Positions 37,361 through 46,570 are shown, counted from the stretch's first letter. The stretch: 64,000 nt of DNA from Cyanobacteria bacterium HKST-UBA04 (GCA_020431915.1 JAGQHJ010000003.1:29032-93031); one strand, 5' to 3'. The notes: generated by a model from the sequence alone, not told the origin. Made by a program: numbers and translations.

Positions 37361-37404
37361 CCAGTGTCGCCTTGCGGGGATACCAGTGTCGCCTTGCGGG
37401 GATA
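37361..37404. repeat. Perfect 22-bp tandem duplication CCAGTGTCGCCTTGCGGGGATA x2
   Basis: Read directly. It begins 78 nt upstream of the response-regulator start codon (37283, minus strand). Confidence 0.9.
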
Positions 37405-37713
37405 AAGGAATGGGTTTATCCAAATAATGATTGAGATTAGAAAATGTATTTTAAGCACTCAATCTGCGAACCTGTTTAAATAGTAGTGCAGGCGGCCCGG
37501 CCCCCTCATCCACTGACTGACCGATACGGGCCTGACCACCGGGTTAATCTTTGTCTGGCCTTCATCTAGTCCGGGGGGTGTACACCCCTTGCAGGAAACC
37601 CTGCTATGACTGACGTACACCAGATGCCGTATCCTTCTCTCTCCCCCCGCGCCCTTCTTTTTGATCAGCTTGAACTTGCCCCTGTCAACAGTTGGCTTTT
37701 AGAATAAGCACAG

Positions 37714-38112
37714 TTGCGTTTGTTCGGGGCCTTGCGGGTGCTGATGGCCAACCTTTTTTGCTGTACCAACCAAAGTAAACACACCGAGCTGGGTAACGGC
37801 ATTCGAAAAGCCGATACCTTTTTGACCCGGTTGTTTGGCCTGTTGCCCAAGTCCGGCTTGGCGCCGGGTGAAGGGCTGTGGATTGCGCCGTGCACCTCCA
37901 TCCATTCCGTTGGCATGCGGTTTTTGTTTGATGCCGTCTTTGTCGATGGCCAGTACCGGGTGGTCCACGTTATTCATGCCATGAAACCGATGCGGATTAG
38001 CCGGGTGGTGTTTTCGGCCAAAAGTGTTCTGGAGCTGCCGGCCGGTACCCTGCAGGCCACCGGCACCGAGGTGGGGGACCAGTTGGCTTTTGAGGCCAGC
38101 GCCGGCGTGTAG
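37714..38112 (+). CDS. DUF192-family protein
   Basis: The GLWIAPCTSIHSVGMRFLFDAVFVD...VLELPAG pattern is typical of DUF192 (COG1430). The start is uncertain (37714 or ATG 37744). Confidence 0.6.
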   Translation: MRLFGALRVLMANLFCCTNQSKHTELGNGIRKADTFLTRLFGLLPKSGLAPGEGLWIAPCTSIHSVGMRFLFDAVFVDGQYRVVHVIHAMKPMRISRVVFSAKSVLELPAGTLQATGTEVGDQLAFEASAGV

Positions 38113-38225
38113 TGTAAACCTGAAAAAACAGGCTGTAACAGTTTGGTTGCAATGCTTTGTCCAGCCGTGAACAACGGGGCCGAAAAACACGTTTATACCC
38201 TTAGGTCTTTACCGAAACACTTATG

Positions 38226-38242
38226 CCAATACCAATACCAAT
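38226..38242. repeat. Hexanucleotide microsatellite CCAATA x2.8
   Basis: Read directly: CCAATACCAATACCAAT. Confidence 0.8.
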
Positions 38243-38277
38243 GCGCTCATACTAAGGGAATTTGGGGACAACACCTG

Positions 38278-38304
38278 GGCGTAGAGGGCGTAGAGGGCGC
38301 AGAG
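38278..38304. repeat. 9-bp tandem repeat GGCGTAGAG x3 (third copy GGCGCAGAG)
   Basis: Read directly. It ends about 50 nt upstream of the ATG at 38355. Confidence 0.85.
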
Positions 38305-38354
38305 GGGGTAAAGCCGTTGTTAGGCTGTAAATGCGCGGGAGGTGAAAAGCGGAG

Positions 38355-38855
38355 ATGGAACCATTGCCGGTTTATGTGTACACCAAGCCAGGGCAGACTT
38401 TGGCCAACGATGTACAGCGGGCCTTTGGCCGACCGTTTGCGGTAACCGACGACAGCCAGGGCGTGCTGTTGTTGGCTGGTGCCGACCCCAATGCCAATGG
38501 CTGGGATGGCCACACCTACGATTTGGGACCGGGCAACGACTTTATTGTGGCGGATTTGGAAGGGGCCACCTATACTTTTAGCCCGGATAAAAAGCATGTC
38601 ACCATCACGTCGGCTGCCCTGCCCAAAGGGGTGACGTTTAAGAACGTGGAAGGGGTGCTGGCGGTCCAGACCAATCCCAATACCTTTCAAAGCACCGTTC
38701 AGACGACGGTTAACGGTAAAACCACCACCACGCGCCACCCGGCCTTTGAGTACGACTTGTTTGCCCGGTGGCCCAGCATGTTCGAGCCGTCACCCGACAA
38801 CTCGGCCTATACGCTGGTTGAAGCTTCGGCTTACCAGGCGACGGGCAACAAATAA
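38355..38855 (+). CDS. Hypothetical protein (orphan)
   Basis: ATG is preceded by GGAGGTGAAAAGCGGAG. 166 codons with a beta-rich Thr/Val composition. No recognisable motif. Confidence 0.55.
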   Translation: MEPLPVYVYTKPGQTLANDVQRAFGRPFAVTDDSQGVLLLAGADPNANGWDGHTYDLGPGNDFIVADLEGATYTFSPDKKHVTITSAALPKGVTFKNVEGVLAVQTNPNTFQSTVQTTVNGKTTTTRHPAFEYDLFARWPSMFEPSPDNSAYTLVEASAYQATGNK

Positions 38856-38909
38856 CGCCCCCGTTACCACGGGGCAGACACGAACGCGTTCCAGAGGCAG
38901 GTGGGGGGG

Positions 38910-39233
38910 TTACCCCATGCTGGCTGGGTAGTTGGTGTACAACGACTCGGCAGCCATGGCGCTTAATGGGCGGGCCAGGCGCTTGATGCGGGCACCAAAG
39001 TCACTGGACGGTGGTGCGGCAAACTGGTTGCCGCCAAACCCGAAGGCGGGGCTGTCATAGACGGAAAAATCGATGGGTAGCATAGGAGGTGGGATGAATC
39101 CTTGTTGTTGTTCTTCTTCCTGGCCCTGGCCCATGTAGAACAGGCCGCCGCCACCGCCGCCGCCCTGGTTGTTGGACGCGTCGATACCGGTGCTGGCTTT
39201 AAGGGAGGTGGGGCTGAAGATAGAGGCTTCCAT
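38910..39233 (-). CDS. Hypothetical low-complexity protein (poly-Gly, Glu/Gln-rich)
   Basis: ATG at 39233; the ORF is open to 39308. Contains NNQGGGGGGG and QGQEEEQQQG stretches. Confidence 0.4.
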   Translation of the reverse strand: MEASIFSPTSLKASTGIDASNNQGGGGGGGLFYMGQGQEEEQQQGFIPPPMLPIDFSVYDSPAFGFGGNQFAAPPSSDFGARIKRLARPLSAMAAESLYTNYPASMG

Positions 39234-39562
39234 GGGGCTTTCGTTCTTTCCAACAATCAACCATTTCTCAAGAACCGAAGAGAGAGGTAGGCCGGACCAC
39301 ACCCGCAACAGGCATCAGACAGAGAGGTACAGGGAGAAAAAACAGAGGGTGTATGGGGTGGTGTCGCCTACTTAAAAGGCCCTGAAGCACGGTTGTTGCT
39401 AATTGGTGTAACAAATCGTTAAGCCCTTCGGCAAACCGGGTGCTGGCACCAGCCAATCACCGGCCAATTTGGTACACAAAACAAGGGGCTCATCTGTCCC
39501 TTCTTATACGACAAAAATGCCAAAATGTCAAGCCCTGACAGGCTATTACAGAAAGTATAGCG

Positions 39563-40090
39563 TTAATTCATCGATGGGCCAAACTGGGTCAACTGGCTGT
39601 GATGGGCGCGGACCAGTTCGTCGGCAGCCGCTTTGGCGCATTTCTCTTTGCGTTCCTGGTTAAACATGGCCCAAAGGGCTTGGTAGAGCTCTTTCTTGCT
39701 TTTGATGGTTGCAATCTCTTGTCGGGCACCGGCCTCGTTGTACCAGGGGCGCAGCTTTACCCCGCCGGCGTGTTTACCGCCCCCTTTTTTCTTCTTTTTG
39801 GTGCCCCCTGGTACGGGGCGGGGCTTGGTCAACTGGGTCTGGAAGTGCGTCCAGAATTCCCCCAGCTCGGGCTGGGTGAGCCCGATGAGCCGGTGCCTGG
39901 TGCCTTTGCGATCGGAGGTGAAGGTGATCAGGAACTGGTCGCGATCCTCGAGGTTGGCCTCGGGGAAATCGGCCCGGGCCAGTTGGCAGAATTGCCTCAT
40001 GACCGAAACCGCCGTTCGGTCTTGCGCATGACCGAGGGGGATGAGGTCCGTGTAGTAGTAAATACGGCCGAAGGCCGGTGAAACGCGCAT
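39563..40090 (-). CDS. Hypothetical protein with internal poly-Lys/Gly segment
   Basis: 175 codons with GGTKKKKKGGGKHAGG in the middle. No recognisable domain. Confidence 0.5.
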   Translation of the reverse strand: MRVSPAFGRIYYYTDLIPLGHAQDRTAVSVMRQFCQLARADFPEANLEDRDQFLITFTSDRKGTRHRLIGLTQPELGEFWTHFQTQLTKPRPVPGGTKKKKKGGGKHAGGVKLRPWYNEAGARQEIATIKSKKELYQALWAMFNQERKEKCAKAAADELVRAHHSQLTQFGPSMN

Positions 40091-40139
40091 TGAGAACCCT
40101 CTTAATTATTACAATTGACGCAGAATAGCACGCCCCCGG

Positions 40140-41234
40140 TTAAACGGCAACGGCGTAGCGGTCGTCGCCTGGGTGGGTATCCAATTTTTCGGTATCCAAT
40201 GCTTCGGTGCCCAGGTTCTCAAGGCCGTCCTCGGCACTGGCGGCCAGAATGTCCTCGAAAATCTGCTCCACTTCTTCCAGGGTTGAGACGTTGGTCAGTT
40301 GGTGGCGGAAGGTGCGAGCCCCCCGGAAGCCTTCGACGTACCAGGCCAGGTGCTTGCGGATTTCTTTCATCCCGACCTTAAAGCCCCGGTAGTCGCACAG
40401 GTGCAGGGTGTGGTCCATGGCCACCTTGAGCTTTTCTTCCAGAGTAAAGGCGGGCAGATGCTGGCCGGTTTTAAGGGCATGATCGATGTGGCCAATCAAC
40501 CAGGGCTTGCCCTGGCAACCCCGGCCAATCATCACGGCATCCACGCCATAGTCGTTGAGCACCGTTTCGGCATCTTCAAGGGTGTTGATGTCGCCGTTGG
40601 CCGTGACGGGGATGCTTAAGGCCTGCTTTAACCGGCCAAAGGCCTCCCATTGCACGCCGGGCTGGTAGCCTTGCGAACGGGTCCGGGCATGCAGGGTTAT
40701 CATGCTGGCCCCGGCCTCTTCCATCCGTTTGCCAAAATCCAGGTAGTTGACGGTGTCGAAGTCCCAGCCCAGCCGGCATTTTATGGTAACCGGCCGGTCG
40801 ATTTCGGCAATCAGGGCCCGGACCATGTCGGCGGCCATCTGCGGCTCCTTCATCAGGGCACAGCCTTCGAAGTTGCCGGTAATCTTCTTGACGGGGCAGC
40901 CCATGTTCAGGTCGATGGTGGTGGGGTCATGGTCTTCGATAACCTGCTGTGCCGCCTCGATTAGCACGGCATGGCGATGCCCTGCCAGCTGGTAGGCAAT
41001 CGGGTGGTCCGATTCGGTGTGGTCCAGGATACGGGCCTTGCGTTGCTTGGAGTAGATCATGCCGTTGCTGCTGATCATCTCGGTGCAAATTAGCGAGGAG
41101 GGTGCCCAGTGACGAACCAGGGCCCGGAAGACCACGTCGGTGACCCCGGCCATCGGGGCCAGCATAACCCGGCTATGGATGGGACGGTCTTTAATATAGA
41201 ATAAGGGGGTTTCTTGCGGCGTTTGCTGGTTCAT
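40140..41234 (-). CDS. tRNA-dihydrouridine synthase
   Basis: LAPMAGVTD, IDLNMGCPVKK and TLHARTR blocks of the Dus family. Confidence 0.88.
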   Translation of the reverse strand: MNQQTPQETPLFYIKDRPIHSRVMLAPMAGVTDVVFRALVRHWAPSSLICTEMISSNGMIYSKQRKARILDHTESDHPIAYQLAGHRHAVLIEAAQQVIEDHDPTTIDLNMGCPVKKITGNFEGCALMKEPQMAADMVRALIAEIDRPVTIKCRLGWDFDTVNYLDFGKRMEEAGASMITLHARTRSQGYQPGVQWEAFGRLKQALSIPVTANGDINTLEDAETVLNDYGVDAVMIGRGCQGKPWLIGHIDHALKTGQHLPAFTLEEKLKVAMDHTLHLCDYRGFKVGMKEIRKHLAWYVEGFRGARTFRHQLTNVSTLEEVEQIFEDILAASAEDGLENLGTEALDTEKLDTHPGDDRYAVAV

Positions 41235-41324
41235 AACAAGTGTTTCGGCTTTAGACCGGTTGGACCGTGCAAGCGTGTTGCGTCTCTTGTCTTATGCTTC
41301 AATTGTAAAAGGAAGGGGGCTGTT

Positions 41325-42188
41325 ATGCCAACCACCACTGCTCACTCGTCTGCCGCCTTGCCGTTGCCTGGCCATTTGCCGCCCGATTTGGCCGGCCGCC
41401 TAGCGGCTGCCGTCGCCATTGCCTGCGAGGTGGGCGATTACATTCAGTCGCAGGTGGGGCAGGTGGTCAGTGTGGAATCCAAGAGTTCGGTGGTGGACTT
41501 GGTGACGAATGTCGACAAGGAGGCGGATAAGCGCATTGGTACGTATTTACGCAACCAGTTTCCCGACGATACCTTGATTACCGAGGAAACCTTCCAGGAA
41601 GGGGTCACGGCGCTCAGTACCGAGCGAGCCTGGGTGGTGGATCCCATTGACGGAACCACCAGCTTTGCCCATGGCTTTCCCTACTATTCCGTGTCCATTG
41701 CCTGGCTCGACGAGGGGGTGGCAAAGCTGGGGGTGGTCTACGATCCGTGCCGAAACGAATGTTTTTACGCGGTGCGCGGGTCGGGAGCCTGGCTTAACGG
41801 GCAGCCGTTGTGCGTGACAAAGACGACGACCTTGCAGGCCTCCTTGTGGGCCACGGGGTTTCCTTACAGCACCGACACGGCGACCTTTGAGGAGCAGATG
41901 CAGGTGGTTAAAACCGTGTTGCAACATACCCACGGCATTCGCCGCCTGGGGTCGGCGGCCCTGGATCTGGTATACGTGGCCTGTGGTCGTTTGGACGGCT
42001 TCTGGGAGTATACCCTCTCTCCGTGGGACATTGCCGCAGGCGCGTTGATTGTGGAAGAGGCGGGTGGCCAAACCTCCAACCTCGATGGGGTGGCGCTTCG
42101 CCTCGACGATCGGCTGATTACCATTCTGGCCAGCAACGGGCTTCTTCACCAGCCTTTTATAACGCTGTACCATAACGGCCTGGCGTAA
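41325..42188 (+). CDS. Inositol monophosphatase family protein
   Basis: LITEE metal site, WVVDPIDGTTSFAHG motif and C-terminal WDIAAG block. ATG lies after GGAAGGGGG. Confidence 0.85.
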   Translation: MPTTTAHSSAALPLPGHLPPDLAGRLAAAVAIACEVGDYIQSQVGQVVSVESKSSVVDLVTNVDKEADKRIGTYLRNQFPDDTLITEETFQEGVTALSTERAWVVDPIDGTTSFAHGFPYYSVSIAWLDEGVAKLGVVYDPCRNECFYAVRGSGAWLNGQPLCVTKTTTLQASLWATGFPYSTDTATFEEQMQVVKTVLQHTHGIRRLGSAALDLVYVACGRLDGFWEYTLSPWDIAAGALIVEEAGGQTSNLDGVALRLDDRLITILASNGLLHQPFITLYHNGLA

Positions 42189-42336
42189 CCGATAGCCCCT
42201 TTGGGCCGATTGGTCCCATCCATTGCCAAGACTGGTCTGCTCCCGTATACTGGTCAGCGGTGTGTTTTCAGCGCAGCTTGGCTGTTTGCGCCACACAAAC
42301 CCGTTACCAATCAAGCAGGATGATGACCCGACGCCT

Positions 42337-43665
42337 ATGACCGCCACCGTTGTTGTTGGTGCCCAGTGGGGCGATGAAGGCAAAGCCAAGATTATTGATC
42401 ATCTGGCAGACCATGCCGATGTGATTGTGCGCTACCAGGGCGGCTGCAATGCGGGCCATACGGTGGTGCACGAAGGCCAAACCTACAAGTTTCACCTGAT
42501 CCCTTCCGGTGTGCTGTATGCCGACAAGACATGCGTGATTGGCAGCGGGACGGTGATTCTGCCGACCGTCTTTGCCGAGGAGCTAAAAACCCTCCAGGCC
42601 CACGGTATTAGCGACGCCGGGCTTAAGGTAAGCCAGCGGGCCCACCTGACCCTGCCTTTTCACCTGGACATCGACAAGGCCAAGGAAGCGGCCCGGGGCG
42701 ATAAATCCATTGGCACGACCCTGCGCGGCATTGGCCCGACCATGGAAGACAAGGTAGGCCGGGCCGGGTTGCGTGTGGGTGACTTGTTTGCCGACGAGGC
42801 CTGGCTGCGCGATCGCGTGGCCCACCTGGCCGACATGAAAAACCCGGTGCTGACGAAGGTCTATAATCTGCCGGCCATTGAGCCCGAAGCCTTGTTTGAA
42901 ACCTGCCTGGACTACCGCCGGTTGTTTCAGCCCTACGTGTGCGATACGGAAGCCCTGCTGGCCGAGGCCTTGCGGCAAGGACAACACCTGCTGATGGAAG
43001 GAGCCCAAGGGAGCATGCTCGATTTGGATCACGGTACCTATCCCTACGTGACCAGCTCCAACCCGGTTAGCGGAGGTGCTTGTGCAGGGGGTGGTGTGCC
43101 TCCCACCGCGCTTGCCCGCATTATCGGGGTGACCAAAGCGTATACCACCCGCGTAGGCGGGGGGCCCTATCCGACGGAGCTGTTTGACGAGGCGGGCCGG
43201 CACCTGGCCGACGTAGGCCATGAGTTTGGAACCACCACGGGCCGGGCACGGCGGTGTGGCTGGTTTGATGCCGTGGCCTTGCGTTACGCAGCCCAGGTGA
43301 ATGGGTTTACCGAACTGGCCCTGACCAAGCTTGACGTGCTCAGTGGTCTGCAGAAGGTCGCCCTTTGCACGGCATACCGTCATAAAACCAGTGGGGAACG
43401 CGTGGTACAGTTCCCGGCGCAGATCGGCATGCTCGATGTCCTTGAACCCGTGCTGGAATGGTTTGAAGGTTGGCCGGAGGATATCAGCGGCTGTCGATCC
43501 GTTGACGAGCTGCCTGAAGCGGCCCGACGCTTTGTCTCGGCCTTGTCGCAACACTGCGGGGTGCCCGTGGGCATCATCAGCGTGGGTCAGGATCGCCGGG
43601 CCACCATTTGTGCCGTGCCGGCCATCGGGTCGCAGAACCAGTTGTCGGGGCTCACCTCCTCGTAG
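42337..43665 (+). CDS. purA: Adenylosuccinate synthetase
   Basis: GAQWGDEGKAKIID P-loop, GGCNAGHT and GTTLRGIGP blocks. The track ORF's upstream extension looks non-coding. Confidence 0.92.
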   Translation: MTATVVVGAQWGDEGKAKIIDHLADHADVIVRYQGGCNAGHTVVHEGQTYKFHLIPSGVLYADKTCVIGSGTVILPTVFAEELKTLQAHGISDAGLKVSQRAHLTLPFHLDIDKAKEAARGDKSIGTTLRGIGPTMEDKVGRAGLRVGDLFADEAWLRDRVAHLADMKNPVLTKVYNLPAIEPEALFETCLDYRRLFQPYVCDTEALLAEALRQGQHLLMEGAQGSMLDLDHGTYPYVTSSNPVSGGACAGGGVPPTALARIIGVTKAYTTRVGGGPYPTELFDEAGRHLADVGHEFGTTTGRARRCGWFDAVALRYAAQVNGFTELALTKLDVLSGLQKVALCTAYRHKTSGERVVQFPAQIGMLDVLEPVLEWFEGWPEDISGCRSVDELPEAARRFVSALSQHCGVPVGIISVGQDRRATICAVPAIGSQNQLSGLTSS

Positions 43666-43773
43666 GCGTCGTACCGGTAAGGTGTGGTGCCTGCCACGCA
43701 CAAGGCTGGGCATAAGGCTGGGCGTGTGGGTGTGGACGTGTTGGTTTGTGTAAGCAGAGTCTCTCTCAAGGCC

Positions 43774-45066
43774 ATGGGTAAACGCTTTAACTGGACAACC
43801 GGTGCAAAAGGCCTCTGGGTCGTGGCCTTGTTGTTGGTGGTGTACAGTGGTGGGCTGTTTACGGCCGTGTTTGACGGCTGGCCCTATAAAAAAGCCGAGG
43901 CCTTGGTGACCTATATCCGGGCGGTTTTGGAGCGGGATGCCCTGGACCACGATTACCTGGCCTTCCGGTATTACCCGGCCCGGACACTGGAAAAAGGGGT
44001 GACGGTGAATAAACCTGCCCAGCGCTATGAGGGTCTCACCCTGTATGCGGTGGCCGATCGCATGGAAGCCCGGCTGGTGGACGGGCAGGGAAAGCTGGTT
44101 CGGCGTTGGCGCTTTACGATGTGGGACCTGGGTGAATCGCAAACCCCCAACCCCTTGTTTCTGAGACGTGTCAGGCTGATGCAAAACGGCGATCTGGTGG
44201 CGCTGTTTCGGCCCATGTTGGCGGGCCGACAACCGTCGGGGATGATGCGGGCCGATGCCACGGGCAAGGTACAGTGGGTGTTCAAGGGGCATCCGGCCCA
44301 CCACGATTTTGACGTGCTCTCCAACGGCCAGGTGGCCGTGCTAACCCAGCAGTTTGCCCCGCAGCACCCGACGGCACCCGAACTGGATGGGCCCCTCATC
44401 ATCGAGGAATTGACCCTGGTGGATGAGGCGGGTCAGCTTGTCAAAACCGTTTCTATCATTGATGCCTTCCTGCACAGCCCCTTCAAGGATCGCTTGCTCA
44501 AGCTTAAGGAGGGGCACCGAGCCGACGGTGACTTGCTGCATATCAATTCGGTTCATATGCTCAGTGCTGCCGAGGCGGCCCAAATCCCCAAGGCCAAGGC
44601 GGGCGATGCCCTGCTGGGGTCGCTTAACCTGAACGGCATGGTGCTGCTGGATATGGCTTCGCAACGCATTGCCGGGGTGTTTCAGAAAGACTTTAACGGA
44701 ATACACGGCCCGGTGATCCAGTCCGACGGGTCGATTGTGTTCTTGGAGAATTTTGGTGGCGGTGCCCACCCCGACTACCGCTCCGCCCTGACCCGGTACA
44801 ACCCTGCCACCGGCCAGGCCGATCGGTTTTATATCGGGACCAAGGACCGGCCCTTCTTTACGGATCAACGGGGCATGGTGGTGCTGCTGCCCAACGGCAA
44901 TATTCTGGCCTACGAGTCCAACGCCGGTTGTATCATCGAGGTGACCCCGGCCGGTGAGTTGGTCTGGCAGTACTATAACCCCGACCGTATTCAGGATATG
45001 ATTGGCGTGGTATTCGGCGGTGGCCGGTACCCTACCCGTTTGGAAACACCCGTTACCTTGAACTGA
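43774..45066 (+). CDS. Membrane-anchored arylsulfotransferase (ASST)-like beta-propeller protein, paralog 1
   Basis: N-terminal TM anchor (LWVVALLLVVYSGGLF). Shared paralog motifs: LTLYA, RRVRLMQNGDL, HHDFD, LHINSVH, PNGNIL, ESNAGCIIEVTP, VWQYY. Confidence 0.65.
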   Translation: MGKRFNWTTGAKGLWVVALLLVVYSGGLFTAVFDGWPYKKAEALVTYIRAVLERDALDHDYLAFRYYPARTLEKGVTVNKPAQRYEGLTLYAVADRMEARLVDGQGKLVRRWRFTMWDLGESQTPNPLFLRRVRLMQNGDLVALFRPMLAGRQPSGMMRADATGKVQWVFKGHPAHHDFDVLSNGQVAVLTQQFAPQHPTAPELDGPLIIEELTLVDEAGQLVKTVSIIDAFLHSPFKDRLLKLKEGHRADGDLLHINSVHMLSAAEAAQIPKAKAGDALLGSLNLNGMVLLDMASQRIAGVFQKDFNGIHGPVIQSDGSIVFLENFGGGAHPDYRSALTRYNPATGQADRFYIGTKDRPFFTDQRGMVVLLPNGNILAYESNAGCIIEVTPAGELVWQYYNPDRIQDMIGVVFGGGRYPTRLETPVTLN

Positions 45067-45082
45067 GGAGGCCTCTCCCCCT

Positions 45083-45277
45083 ATGGCGTACCCCGTCTGT
45101 TCGGTACATCAGTTGCTGGCCTATATTGGCCCCGGTGCGGGGTTGTCGTTGTTTGGGTCGGTCATCGGTTTTTTTGTGTTGCTGGCCACCAGTGCCCTGA
45201 TTGTGGTGAGTTGGCCGGCCGTGGTGTTGTTTAAAGCCGTGCGTAACCGGTTTTTTTCCAAACCGGTTAAGGAGTAG
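45083..45277 (+). CDS. Small hydrophobic membrane protein (64 aa)
   Basis: It starts 16 nt after the upstream stop and ends 4 nt before the next start. A ~40-aa hydrophobic stretch contains YIGPGAG, and the tail is basic. Confidence 0.5.
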   Translation: MAYPVCSVHQLLAYIGPGAGLSLFGSVIGFFVLLATSALIVVSWPAVVLFKAVRNRFFSKPVKE

Positions 45278-45281
45278 GACG

Positions 45282-46489
45282 TTGACCGATTTGACGCATG
45301 TCACGCCAAAAGCCATCGAAGCGGCCTTTGGGGTGGATTGGCTGACGGATGTGTACGGGGGATTTTATGACGGGCTGGTGCGCCTGCTTTTGCCGTTGTT
45401 TGAAAATACCGGTAATGCCGATAATACCGACAACCAGTTGCCTGACGAGTCACAATCGGTGGCGCCCGTTTACGTAACGGGCCTGGCCCGGGCCGGTACC
45501 ACCATTACCCTGGAGGCGCTGGCTGCGCACCCCCACCTGGCCAGCCATCGGTATGGCGACTACCCTTTTTTTTTGTCCCGCTGTTAAACCAAGTCTTCCG
45601 GGCCACCACGCCGTTGCTTGGTCGGCGGTCTGCCGCCAAGCAACCCCGTAGCCACCTCGATGGTTTGATGGTATCGCCCGACAGCCCGGAGGCCTTCGAG
45701 GAGATGATTTGGATGCAGTTTTTTGGCCACCTGCACCAAACTAGCCAATCGGTGGTGCTCGGGGCCGATGATTGCTACCCGGCCTTCGAGGCTTTTTACC
45801 GGGCCCACATGCACCAATGGCCTAAACGTGTTGGGGCGAGCCGGTATTTGGCCAAGAACAACTACCTTGTTTCTCGATTGGCCTACCTGGTGCGGCGGTT
45901 TGACCAGGCGCGCGTGATTGTGATGGTTCGAGACCCGGTGGCCCATGTGGCTTCGATGATCAAGCAGCAGCGTCTGTTTACCCAAGGCCTTCGGCACAAT
46001 CCGGCCGGAATTAGGTACCTGAGGCGGGTGGGGCATTATGAGTTCGGTCCGCTCCGGCAAGCCATTCATTTGACAGACGCCGAGGCCGTGGCCCGTATCG
46101 AGGCGGCCTGGGCCAGTGGGGACGAGGTGCTTGGCTGGGCCCAGTACTGGGCCATGGTGTACGGGTATTTGGCCCATCTGCTGGCCACCGACGACTGGTT
46201 GCAGGCGCGGTGCATGGTGGTTTGGTACGAAACGCTTTGCAACCAGCCCCAGCAGACGCTTGAAGCCATGCTGGCGTTTTGCCGCCTGCCGCTGGCATCG
46301 TACCCGCTTGAGGCCATGGCGGCTTCGATGGCGGCCCCCACCTATTACCGTCCCGATTTTAATGAGGCGGCCCTGGCATGTATTCGTCAGCAAACGTCGG
46401 CTGTCGTCGAACGTCTCGGTGCTTTGAATACCACCGGTACCACGGATGCCACGGGTGCCATGGGCGCCATGGACGTACAGGTGCTTTGA
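45282..46489 (+). pseudogene. PAPS-type sulfotransferase interrupted by a frameshift in a T9 tract
   Basis: The N-terminal ORF (45282-45587) carries a 5'-PSB-like loop, TGLARAGTTITL. The second ORF (45614-46489) carries a 3'-PB-like VMVRDPVAHVASM. The second frame is open back through the T9 run (45566-45574), so one extra T would fuse the two ORFs. Confidence 0.7.
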
Positions 46490-46570
46490 ACCACGGGTGG
46501 GCTTCAACGATAATGGGGGCATGGTTCCCTTTCTCCCGTTATAGGCAAACCGGTGTACGGATGGTGCCCC

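Noticed and set aside
37361-37404. CRISPR array (also considered for 49905-49955 and 38278-38304).
   Set aside because: The repeats are head-to-tail with no spacers, have only 2-3 copies and are 9-22 bp long. No cas genes are in the window.
42583-44304. Very long antisense or alternate-frame ORFs. Examples are 573 aa at 42583-44304, 409 aa at 45584-46813, 410 aa at 35125-36357, 386 aa at 17681-18841, 309 aa at 46913-47842 and 284 aa at 32999-33853.
   Set aside because: Each lies fully inside or opposite a gene with clear family motifs. Their translations are Arg/Pro/Gly/His-rich low complexity with no motifs. That is the expected stop-codon-poor artefact of GC-rich DNA.
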